The notes under the pieces are model-generated. The model made no database searches. It was not told the DNA's origin and worked only from the letters and a program-made list of their open reading frames with translations. The translations under genes and the position numbers were made by a program. From Isurus oxyrinchus (Eukaryota), in assembly GCA_026770705.1 (NCBI GenBank), contig JANJGN010000026.1, positions 37,882,001 through 37,946,000 on the forward strand: DNA of 64,000 bases, read 5' to 3'. Position 1 is the stretch's first letter; the number at the start of each line of letters is the position of its first letter. This document shows positions 25,941 to 37,532 of this stretch, piece by piece.

Positions 25941-27306
25941 CCAGTGAACACATTCATTATTTAGAAGATTTCTCTGAATTCTCCTCATGTTTCTCTGTTT
26001 TCCAGAGAAAAGAAACCAAGTCTGTTCAGCCTTTCCAGACAGATGTCGATTGTTGTTCATTTACTTTCTAAAAAGTGAAAGAAATCAAAGAAGGTAACAT
26101 AAGAAATAGGAGCTGCTGCCACCTTTCAAATCTGCTCCTCTATTCAAAAATATAGTGGCTGATCTCCGTCCTCAATATCACATTCCCGCACTGTCCCCAT
26201 ATCCCTTGATTCTTTCAGAGTCCAAATATCTATGAACACTGCCTTGAATACACTCACTATTGAGTATCCACAGCTCTCTCATGTATAGCACGTTACGGAT
26301 TCACAACAATATTTTGACGGAAGACAACTCTCCTCTTCTCAGTTCTAATGGCCGACCCCATATTCTAAACTCTGACACCTGGAGAAACACCAACTCCACA
26401 AGCTGCCCTGTTAGGCCCCTTAAGAATACTTCATGTTCCAATGATATCAGCTGTTATTCCTTCAAGCTCGAGGGAATCTATGCTTTGACTACGTAACTTC
26501 TCCTCATAGGACAATCCGTTTGTCTCTGGAATCAGTATGATGAACGTTGTTCACTTCCTCCAAAGCACGTAGATTTTTTCTGAAGAATGAGCCCCCAAGT
26601 TTACACAGCATTCCAGACTGGAGCCCATTGTAGTCATTGCCACACTCAATGCTCCCTCCAATTAATGTTCAATACGAAGGAAAACTGATTCATCAGCTGG
26701 TGGGTCGGTGGTAATCAGCTGGAGGTTTCCTTACCCATGTTTGACTAGATGCCATGAGACCTCATGGTGTCTGGCGTCGATATTGAGGACTCCCAGGGGC
26801 AACACCCTGCTGAGTGTATATCACTGTGCAGCTACCTCTGGGACTGTCCTGCTGGTGGCACAGGACATACACAGGAACAGTGATGGTGGTGCCTAAGACA
26901 TTGTCAAAAGGCTATGATTCTCTGAGCATGACTCTTGTCAGTGTGTTGCCAGTGACTAGGCCATCATTTCAGGGAGCATTTAAGAGTAAACCACATTGCC
27001 TTGTGTCTGGAGTCGCATGTGGGTTAGACGAGGTTCAAATGGAATGTTTCCATCACTGAAAGACATTCGTGAATCAGATAGCTTCCAGCAATGATTTCAT
27101 GATCACTAGTTTAAATTCCAGTTGTTTATATTATTTGATTTTTAATTCCACCAGTTGCTGTTGGTGGGATTTGAACCCGATTTCCCAGCTCATTTGCCTT
27201 GCCCTCTGGATTACGAGTCCAATGACTTTACAACTAGACTGTCCCCTCCCCGATGTGAACATTAACCTGGATACTCTGTAACACATGGCGGTTTGGTGTC
27301 ACTTAC

Positions 27307-27654
27307 CGTCAGTGACAGTCAACACCGTCCCTGATCCGTCTCCATAAACATCTTTCGAAACGGTGCTCCCACATCTATATCTGTACTGAGCTTTACAGTA
27401 ATAGGTGGCTGTGTCTTCAACTCTCAAATCTCGAATTTCCAGCGAAAATGTCTTTTCTGCTTCATTCATCGACACAACAAATCTCCTTCCGCTGGAGATC
27501 CGCTCCCGCTCTGTCCCAGTCTGGGTTTGTTTGAAGAAATGCCCGTTCACTAAACTATGAGAATTACCAGATAAAACACAGGTGATAGTGAGCGACTGAC
27601 ACTCCTTCCTGGTCACCGCTGCCGGGGTCTGTGTCACTGACTGACTGAAAGAGC
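27307..27654 (-). CDS. Germline-joined NAR-TCR VDJ exon B (open, 348 nt, phase 1-1)
   Basis: SQSVTQTPAAVTRKECQSLTITC…YYCKAQYRYRCGSTVSKDVYGDGSGTVLTVTD. Acceptor tttccAG, donor GTAAGT, no RSS. Confidence 0.9.
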
Positions 27655-27802
27655 CTGGAAATTAAACAGAGAGAGTTTAATGGACATTCAGAGCCGAACC
27701 ACAGAACGGGGTTAAAACCCCAGACAGTGTCTGTAATTAGCATGGACTCGGGCAGCTTTATACTAAATCCACACATTGTCGGTTTGTTTAACCGATACTC
27801 AC

Positions 27803-27845
27803 GGGGTAAACAGACACAGAGGGTGAAAACAAGGAGGATTCCCTT
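27803..27845 (-). pseudogene. Leader exon of copy B lacking its start codon
   Basis: ATG is changed to AAG at 27845-27843 (KGILLVFTLCVCLP). No in-frame ATG lies in the open stretch upstream; the ORF-track start at 27911 is GTG. Confidence 0.85.
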
Positions 27846-30800
27846 CGTTCTTCTGACTGGAGCTGAGGGCTTATATGACGGGAAGCTGGAGACTGCAGCC
27901 CTGGACAGCACTGGGAGACAGGACCTCAGAGCTGGACTGAAATACTTTAGGAGCTAGAGGGGGGTGCAGACGGGGGTGTCCCGCGGAGCATTGACGGGCC
28001 ACACGGTTCCCATCTCTCTGGGTGTGTGTTATGTGATTAAGTGACAGGTTTAAAAACGGAACTTGCAGATTCATGTTGCTTCATTGGGCCTGTAAGCCTG
28101 ATGCGGAGTCCCCTCTCCCATTTGTCTGATGCACAGTGCCCTGCGTAATGGGGCAAGGGAGGTGGAGTTGTTTCCTTAGTGAAGTCTACCGCCCTCATTC
28201 TCCCACAGTAATGAGCTGGCATGTCTGTCCATGTGTGTTTGGCAAATGGTATTTTATGAGAACGGGATGTGGGAGAATCCCTCCTTCTCCAATATTATTC
28301 TAACTGTCATGAAAAAACAGAAAATGCTGGAAAGAGCTCGTCAAGTCTGGCAGCATCTGTGAAGAGTGAAACAGAATTAACGTTTCAAGTTGTATGACTC
28401 TTCTTCAGAGCTACCTGTGCCGGAAATTATTAAACATCTCCCTGAACTTGCTGTTCGGTCTTCAGTTGAAAGTCTGTCCCAAGGGAAGGAGCCTTACACC
28501 CGCCTTAGTCCAGCAGCTGAGGACCAGATTACAATGTGAGACAGTCCAGTGACTTTGCCAATATTCAGGCGGAAGTACAGAAATACCACAAAGAATAAAC
28601 TCTCCACTTCATACAAACAAGTGCTTGCTGCAACCTTCCCCTGTGATTTGCATGTAAAATGATGCTGCCAGAAAGTAATGTTTGATTTCCAGGTCTGGAC
28701 TATTCAGTTTCCAGTTGCAGTGTTAAAACATGAAGCCTCTCTCAGAGGCACAGTTGAAATGGGGGCGGACACTGTGTTTGGGGCTTGTTTAAAGTATCAC
28801 ACTCACTACCTTGGTGAGATCTGTTAGCTGTGTTTAAACTGTCCAGAATCTAACAACACGTTCTATTGAAGTGAACCTTGTGAACCGGCCGCGGTCAAAT
28901 GCTCCTGGAAACTGACGGGTACAAGGACATGGAGCTGCTCAGTAATCCAGGCAGGCATGCAAAGGGCAGAAAAGGGCCAATAAACTCCTTCAGGAGCAGA
29001 GGACCTCACACTATTTTGGTCGACTGTTCATCACACAAACATGGCCGATCGTACGTCACTCAAAAGTGGTCGATTGTTCAAACGACCTTTGAGTAGCTCC
29101 GGATGGTCTGTCGCTGATCCCCAATGTGCAATCAAAGACATAAACATCATCTGTTTCGTCAAAAACTAAAATAAAAACCTGAAAAAGCCTTTTTGCTTGA
29201 TCCACAAGTTTTGCACATGAAATATTGTCCAATTTCCTTCTGATTTTGAATGCTACTGGCGTGAAACAGCGCAGAACAGCACATGACGTAAACATGTTTT
29301 GCCTCAGAGCTACCACAAATACAACTTGTATTTTAAAGCACATTTAATACAATGAAAGGTCCCTTCAGCAGGTAATGACAGTGATCTTCGTAAAACATGA
29401 ATCCTGAGAGGCGGATGTGGCCGATCACCCGAGTCACCGTCTGCAATGTGGGACCGCGGATACATTTTGGCATCATAATTACCAACACTCAGATTGTAGC
29501 AGTTTAATTTTAAGAGACTACGATTATTTAAAAGCAACCGGAAGGAGAAATATTATCTGAATGTTTTTCAATCAGCATTTGTTTGGAAGAAAAACATAAT
29601 TTATTCTATCAATAGGTTTAATTATTCCCCAATGCCATTTATTTTGATATATTTACATTTACTTTCACTTTGTTTCTCAATTTCCTTTGTGCAGTTTGCG
29701 CTTCTTGCATGGGAACGTAGTAATCGTGGGAACTTGCCCCAAGGTTTCTCATTTGTCCGTTGGGTTCAGTCTGTTCAGTTTCCGCAGTAGTTTTACTGTT
29801 ACTCACTGGGAACTGCGTCTTCTCCCTCTCTGACGATTTCAATTTTTTTCCGTCCATTTACTGGTTGAAGTTACCTGGATGTTTTACTTTACACAGTATC
29901 TGCCAGAGGAGGAATAATCCATACCGTTCAAATGATTTATGCCTTTGCATTTACTGGGGACCAGTCCCCATTCTCCTGAAATCTAATTGACAATTTCCAG
30001 TCAGCTCCCTCTGTCAGTCTGTTCTGTTCTCCTTCCTGTATTTTCAAGTCTTCCCATAAATGTATCAATACCATCTGCTCCAACCATTCCCTGCGGCAGC
30101 AGGTTCCACACTCTGACCTGCCTGTTTTTACACTTCTTCTTAATGTCATTATTTGTTCTGTGAGTGACTGTCTTATTCTAATGGCTCTAGGCTCACCCAC
30201 AAATAAGCAGCTATTCCACAAATACCTCAAATGAACCCGTTCGTTATTTAAACAACTTCCATGAATTCTCCTCCTCTTTCCATGTTCTCCAGAGACAAGA
30301 GGCTCAGCCTGTTCAACCTCTCCAACGAGATGCAGATTCTCCCTGATTTCTTTTCTCAGATGTGTAACAGATCAAAGCAGTTAATGTAACAAACAGAAGC
30401 AGGAGCAGCCATATCACCTTTCAAACCTTTTCCACCATTCATAATATCCTGACTCATCTCCTAGCTCAACATCACTTTGCCGCAATGTCCCCATATCCCT
30501 TGATTCTTTTAGCATCCAGAAATCCATTGAACACTTCATTTAAAACATCCAACTACTGGGCATTCACAGCTCTCTGAGGAAGAGAATGTCAGAGATTCAC
30601 AACAATGGCTTCACTGAAGAAATTTCTCTTCGTCAAATTTCTCATGGTCGAGTTCTTATTCTGAAACTGTGACCCCTAGTTATAGGCTTCTCAGCCTGGG
30701 GAGACACCCACCGGGAATCTATCGTGCCCTGGATGTTAGATTTCTAATGAAATTGCATCTCATTCATCTAAGCTCCAGGGAACATAGGCTCAGACAACTC

Positions 30801-31827
30801 AATCTCTTCTTTACGACAATCCCTTTATCTCAGGGATCAGCCTGATGAACGTTTGCTGCACGCCCTCCAAGGCATGTAGATCCTTCCTTAAGTAAGGAGA
30901 CCAAAACTTTACACAGCATTTCAGTCTGGAGCCCATTTCAGTCCTTCCGTCCATAAACCTCACCCACCCGCACTGGGCTCGGATTGTACTTTGACTGGGC
31001 CAGAGATCCACCAATCCTTCTCCCGCTTTCGATGAATTATTTATTGCTGCTTCTAAATGAACATTCCCCCAATTTACAACTTAGAATTGTTTCCTTATGT
31101 TCCTGTTCTCCTTTATAAGATTAATGCATCATCCTCTCTGTCTCACTGCACTGTGTTGTTTCAATTCACAGTAATCAGGGATACAGATACATTTCAGCAA
31201 TCCCATCTCTCAAACATCTACATTCAATATAGAGAAGCGGCTGCAGTTCCAAACTTACACATTTCAGTCTGAGGGCGGAAAAGTAGGAAAGTGTTTAGTT
31301 ACATGAAAGAAATGGCGGGGACAATGTCGTTAATTTCAGTTACTGACTGCCCAATAATAAAATTCCATCTGGGCCCACATCAGGATTTCTTATATCTGAA
31401 GTCCGTTGTTTCTCTCTCCCGCTTTTCTCCCGGGTCAGGTATGGAACGAGCCGCTGCAGGTACCCGAACTGGCCGCAGTTGTGTTGAGTTTATTGACCCG
31501 GTACCTCATTCCGCGGCTCGGACTGCAATCTGCTGCCCAGGAGAGAGCTCTGTGACCCCGCTCCCGGGCTCTAAGGGACAGACAGAGGTCCGTCGGTCAC
31601 AGTTAACACCGGGAGTGGAGTCCGGATTGTCGACAATCTGCGCTCATTAAAAGCGATTCAGAGTGTGAGAGTCCGTGATGTTGATGTTGTCCCCGATGTG
31701 CCCATTAAACTAATAATGATTCTGTCAACTCCCACATCCCACCCAAACTCCACTGATATCAATAATAAACTGATGGTGAACGTTACCCGGGACAGGCTAT
31801 AACCCGGCGGTGTTTGGAACTACTTAC

Positions 31828-31880
31828 CGGCTGTGACAGTCACCACTGTCCCGAATCCATCCGCATAAGCAGTATACCAC
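31828..31880 (-). CDS. NAR-TCR J segment (unrearranged)
   Basis: WYTAYADGFGTVVTVTA followed by the donor G|GTAAGT. RSS on the plus strand: CACAGTG 31881-31887, 24 nt, ACAAGAACC 31912-31920. Confidence 0.92.
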
Positions 31881-32263
31881 CACAGTGACACCGCTCACAA
31901 TCACCACCGGTACAAGAACCACCGACACCTCGACCTGGCGGTAAATCATTATCAGACAGTGGAAACTGCCCAATTATTCAGCGGATTTAAATAAATAAAC
32001 AATATTCAATGTTTCAAAGTCTCTCTCGGTTCAAACTGTTCTTTGTGAGGCCCTGAGCTCTGAATAAATAGTCCCAGGAACGAGATGTTCGCTTCATATA
32101 AACCGAGAAAAATATCAAAGAAAGATAACTGAATGTTGGAAATTACAATGAAATGGAACCAGATTCCAGCGATAATAACATCAACCCGACAATTCACTAT
32201 CCAGGCCCGGAGAATTTATATTTAAATTATACAGAGGTGTTTGTTCAGGTCTCTCCCACTGTG

Positions 32264-32280
32264 ACTCCCCCACCCATCTA
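32264..32280 (-). CDS. NAR-TCR D segment (17 nt, TAGATGGGTGGGGGAGT) flanked by 12/12 RSSs
   Basis: Plus strand: GGTGTTTGT (32236-32244), 12 nt, CACTGTG (32257-32263), D, CACAGTG (32281-32287), 12 nt, ATAAAATCC (32300-32308). Confidence 0.92.
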
Positions 32281-32673
32281 CACAGTGTTACAAGTCAGCA
32301 TAAAATCCCCCGGGCACTTGGTAAGATTTGGGGACATTAGTTAAACAGCGGGGACTGCGGTTCCCGGTTCCAGTTGTTAGACCAGGATCACATCTGGCGT
32401 TAGGGATTTCTAACTGGGATCAGTCATTCCCAATTCCCATTCACTGACACCAATCCCAGGAAAGGCATCACCATCCGCACACACTGGGCATTTATAAAAC
32501 TCAAGATGTTAACAGCAATAATCCAATCTCATTATAAACTAGACTGTGGGGCAGACGGTGTGAGGCGGAACTGTGGGGGTTTAACTGCAGATTAACTCTG
32601 CTTTTTCATTTGTTTCTGTGATAATCGGCAGTGAGAGTTTTTGTATCGCGGGAAGCCGAGACCCATCACTGTG

Positions 32674-32957
32674 TGTCGTACTGTAATGAGCTTTACAGTA
32701 ATAGGTGGCGGTGTCTTCAACTCTCATGTCCCGAATTTCCAGCGAAAATGTCTTTTGTGCTTTATTCACCGACACAACAAATCTCCCCCCGCTGGAGATC
32801 CGCTCCCACTCAGTCCCGGTCCGGGTATTTTTGAAGAAATGTCCCGTTTGGAATTCATGCCACGAAGCACCGGAGAAAACACAGGTGATGGTGAGAGACT
32901 GACACTCCTTCCTGGTCACCGCTGCCGGGGTCTGTACCACTGACTGACTGAAAGAGC
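32674..32957 (-). CDS. NAR-TCR V segment A (unrearranged, intact)
   Basis: VNAR-like V lacking a conventional CDR2, with an extra FR1 Cys (RKECQ), ending YYCKAHYSTT. RSS: CACAGTG (32673-32667), 22 nt, ACAAAAACT (32644-32636). Acceptor tttccAG. Confidence 0.93.
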
Positions 32958-33104
32958 CTGGAAATTAAACAGAGAGAGTTCAATGGACCATCGGAGCCGA
33001 ACCAGAGAACGGGATTAAGCCCCAGACAGTGTCTGTAATTGGGATGGACTCGGGCAGCTTTATATTAAACCCACACAATGTCGGTTTGTTTGATCGGTAC
33101 TCAC

Positions 33105-33147
33105 GGGGTAAACAGACACAGAGGGTGAAAATAAGAAGGATTCCCAT
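33105..33147 (-). CDS. Leader exon of NAR-TCR V segment A (the only intact leader in the cassette)
   Basis: ATG, MGILLIFTLCVCLP, 43 nt, donor GTGAGT, 147-nt intron, in frame with the V exon. A TATAAA lies at 33177-33172. Confidence 0.9.
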
Positions 33148-33989
33148 CGCTCTGCTTCCTGGAGCTGGGAGTTTATAAAACGGGGAGCTGTAGACTGCAG
33201 CCCTGGACTGCACTGGGAGACCGGTCCTCAGAGTTGGACTGAAATACTTTCGCGGGGCCGAGTTGATTTCCACAGGGCAGTGCTGTTGAGATTATAGATG
33301 GGTCGCACGGGTCCCGGGTCGCTGGCTAAGTGTTGTGTGAGTAAGGGACAGGTTTATAAAAGGAGGCTGCAATTTTCTGATTCTACATTTGTTTTCTGAT
33401 CCGGATGTGAAAGCCCCTCCCACAATACTCTGGTGTACAAGGGTGGGGGAGGGGAGCTTTTCTTTCTGCCAGTTGTGCTGCCGTCTTCCTTTCCCCGCAG
33501 TGATGAACTGGGAGAGCGGTGCATGTGTTTGTATTGGGTGGTGTTTGTTAAAGGTGGAATGTAGGCCCAGGACACCAGGAGAAATCCCCCGCCCCGATCT
33601 TACTCCAATATTTCGGAGATGGTTTAACATCGCCCTGAACGGACTGGCAGGACCTCAGTTAGACTTCTGACCTGAAGGCCAGTGTCTCAGACTCGGCATC
33701 TTTCCTGGCCCGGCAACTGGGGGCCAGGTTACAATATGAGGGAGTCCAGTCTCATTGCCAATATCCAGGCAGATGTACACAACATACACAAAGACTAAGT
33801 AGCAGCTCGTTACCTTACTTGGCTATGTGGCTAGTGTCTGCTTCGGAATAATGCCAATAGTACGGGATCTGGAAGCATAGGAACATACGAACAGGAGAAG
33901 GCCATTCAGCCCGTCGAACCTGTTCTGCCATTCAATACAATCATGGCTGATCGAACACTTCAAAGCCTTTTTAAGCAGTAGTAATTCAG

Positions 33990-34540
33990 GCATGGCCGAG
34001 CGTTATGCAAGCAGACATGTGTAATGCCGCAATAAATGAGATTGGGTCTCATGTACCTCAACAGAGACACAGACTATGGTAATATAAAGAGTGACATTAT
34101 CTTGTGTAATACTGAGACAGGATGTTGCCTAACACTAATGGAGATTACCTCGTGCAATAATAACTGAGATATGACTTAGGATCACATAGACAAAAATGCA
34201 ATCTATTGCAAATAACTGAAAAAGGAATGAATGCAATATAAAGTGAGATGTGGTCTAGTGTAGTTCGATTGGGGCAGTGTTTAGTGTAATATAAACATAA
34301 GCATTAAAATGTTGTAGTCAGTAATAACAAAAATAGGGCCTCATCTAACATAAGCAGAGGCATATCTAATGTGGTAATAGCTAAGACATCATCTAGTGTA
34401 ACAGTGCAGTGCAGTAATAAATGAGGCGACCTCTGGTTTAATATAAACAGAGGGATTTTACAGTGCACTAGTAAATGAGTATTGCTTAATCCTTGAGTAA
34501 CTGTGTACGGCCAGCCACTGAGTTTATGCACTGATGTGGC
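33990..34540 (+). repeat. Highly degenerate 27/54-bp satellite patch
   Basis: Recurring tagtgtaatataaac and gtgcaataataactgaga motifs related to the 55-64 kb array. Confidence 0.55.
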
Positions 34541-36228
34541 CGTCACTCAATTCACAGTGAAGGTGCTCAGATTCCTATACCACAAGTTTGTTTTATTTTA
34601 ACTTGCTGTTTTTTTCTGTTAGCTGTGTGCTACTGTTTGCCTGTGTTTCCCGTTGTTTCCTTAAGCGTCATCCCCATTTTCCTGATTAAAATCTCCAGGA
34701 TTCTCCAATTTGTATGTTTCCTGGTGTCACTGAGGAGTCCACAGACTGTGTGTGCATCCCAGAACTTCAGTCAGTGTTAGTCTCTCTTGTCCATTTGTAT
34801 TATACAGAGCACTGATGATCCCTTTCCCGCAGTTCACTGCACCAAGTGTCATATGGGAGAATAGCCATTATCAACTGTTTACTTTCTCTGCCTTTACATT
34901 TATAAATACATTTCTGCTTCAATCCCTTTCTGCTATTCTGTCCTCACCTCAGCATTATACATCTCTCTGTTAATATGTCTCTCTACCACTCAATGTAATC
35001 AATCTCACCTTTATTTATGTCTCTCTGTTAGTGTTTCTCTGCATTATCACCGTATTGAGTCTCATTTTTATCAAACTCCCTACGCATTGCCCATCGTTCT
35101 TCATCTCAACTTTATATTCGGCATTGTGTAAGTGACTGAAAGCATGCAGACAGACACAGGGCTAATCCATAGACGAGGTACACATTCGCCTGTCACAACT
35201 CAATTGTTTCAAATCTTTAACTGGTGAGAGCAGACGGCACTGAAATTATTCACCATGGGGACCTCATTCACTGATCTTCCAGGTAAGTCTCTCAGGCCTT
35301 TAACCATTGAGGCCAGACAGGCACTGAGCCGATATACGATGGTGATGGTGGAGGCGGCGGCGGAAGGAGGGGGTTTCACTCACCGTCACCGGAACATTGT
35401 TCAGGTTTTAAACATTCGGTATAAAGTGTGGGGCTGATGCACCTTGGAGCAGGCGGCATCGCGTGCACAGGGACAATGTTCAGATCTTCCTTTCAATCGC
35501 TGCCATTGCACGATTCAATAATTTTAACCCGCTCTCTCCTTTTCTGCTTCCTGCCTGGATTTGTTAACTCTAGTTATATCATTTCTGCTTTTATTTATGC
35601 TTCTTTTTCTCCTTCTCCCTCTTCCGTTTACAATCCACAGGATCCCCCGCTGCCAGGCGGTGAGAAATTCTCCGTCTATTTACTGAATTCGCTGGATTTT
35701 CTTTATATGAGCAGCTGGGTTTGGGCGGCTGAGAGGAGTCGTGAGGTGCGGGGAATCCCCTGGGGGTTCGGGGTGTCCCGTGGGGGGAGTTGGAGTCTGA
35801 GAGGTGGGGGGACTCCCTGGGAGTTCGGGGATGTGGAAGGAGACTTGTGGGCGTCGGTGTGGCTCTGTACAAAGTTACCCAGAAGCTAGAAGTGGTTTTA
35901 ATTCTAACTTTTTCTGGGCAACTCTTGATGTCGGACAGTCGGAACCATTCGAGGTTTGCAATGTAAATTGTATTTTCTGTTTGCTCCCAGTACAGAGCAA
36001 TTGCCCATGGGAAGTTTCTACTTCCCGGACAATTGCCGTGTAAATCTTGCCTGGGAACTCCGGGCGGGGTGTTCCCCGGCGCATCTTTGGTGTATCGTCC
36101 ACTTACACGGCCTTGGAGCTCGGACGTCATAGCCCAACAAAATGTTACGGTTTTCTTGCTCTTTCAAGGAAGCTCCGCCTGAATCTGACACTAAGGCTGA
36201 ATATTTGCCCTTGTTTCCCGGTGTTCGA

Positions 36229-36242
36229 GCGCCCTCTGCTGA
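36229..36242 (-). promoter_or_regulatory. Candidate CTCF site
   Basis: Minus strand TCAGCAGAGGGCGC versus consensus CCA(G/C)(C/T)AG(A/G)(G/T)GGCGC. Confidence 0.45.
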
Positions 36243-37532
36243 GCATTAACTGAGAAGCTCGTTCTGGCATTTTGACCGCGATCCGCCGTATCTCTGCCGT
36301 GGGGCTTGTGCACAGAAATACTCGGCTGCGTGGCAGTTAAAGCCTCAGCTCCGTTATCTTGGTAGTTCTGTTAAATGTAGAAGGGAATTGCCAAACAACA
36401 TCTGTCTTCTTGTTTTCATTCTCACCGATCAGATTATTGGGGAGCTGTGGATTTTGCTCGGGCTGCTGACTATACCAGAACAAATGGTTATGGAGCAAAA
36501 ATAAAAATAGCTGGAAAAACTCTGCAGGTCCGACAGCATCTGCGGAGAGGAAGACAGTTAACGTTTCGAGTCCGTATGACTGTTTGTATGGTTATGGAGG
36601 TATGTTTTCAAGATTCAGATCACGTGGTGTTACTGCCGTCTTCGGCATCATTTCAGCTTCGCCATCATTTCAGCAACCGACCCGACCAGTGTGTGTGGAT
36701 GGCTCCATCCTAACATAAAGTAGTCGGGTAGATGTCATCATTATCAGGGTCATTATCACCATCATTTCAAGTAGCTTTATCATCAGCAGCATCACCTTAC
36801 AATTAATAACATGTGGGTTATAGCAGTCAGGGGGAGAACGGATTTTTTCTGGGAAGGAAATACTTACTAAGAAGTGATATAATGACGAGGACCGGGTGTG
36901 ATGTAATTCCCCATGATGCTCCCTGAGTCTGTAACTCTACAGTCCGCCAAATCCTCTGTCAGGGCAGAAGTGCAGACCCCCAGCGCACTGTACTGTCGGT
37001 CCAACCAACGTCAAACCAGGAACAGTGGGAAACACCTTCCAAATCACAGGAAAGGCAAGGAAGGTCAGAGCGAGAGAAACGAACAGAACTATGGGGGAGG
37101 CGGCCGCGGGCACTGTTGTCACTCGTAATATCTATCGAAATGAGCTGAATTCAAGACTAATGCGCTCAACATAAATTACATAATTCTGCCGGTCTGTAAG
37201 GACTGCGTTACGTTCCTAGTTATTTCAAATCTGGGGAAAACAGTCTGGCGACAGGAATTAGAGGATTGTTGTAATGTCCTGTAATTACAGATACCTTCAT
37301 AGTTGAAATCAGTTAAAACAAGGGGCTGAATCTGTCGTGGGGAACAGAACAACTGGGCATCCCATCCCAATGTACTGGAGCTGTGCTGTTGATTAACACT
37401 GAAATAAACTTCCCAATTATGGGTCTCTAAGGAAACGTCACACTAATGGGCATAGATACGAGATCAAAAGCAATTTCTCCTCAAGTATTTTTAAGCAAGT
37501 ATCTGTCAGGAGGTGGGAATCCACGGCCTGAT

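Noticed and set aside
16836-27654. Idea that the joined VDJs are somatic rearrangements or processed retrocopies
   Set aside because: There are three diverged copies with a related junction and shared transposon insertions, and the leader intron and J-downstream intron are retained.
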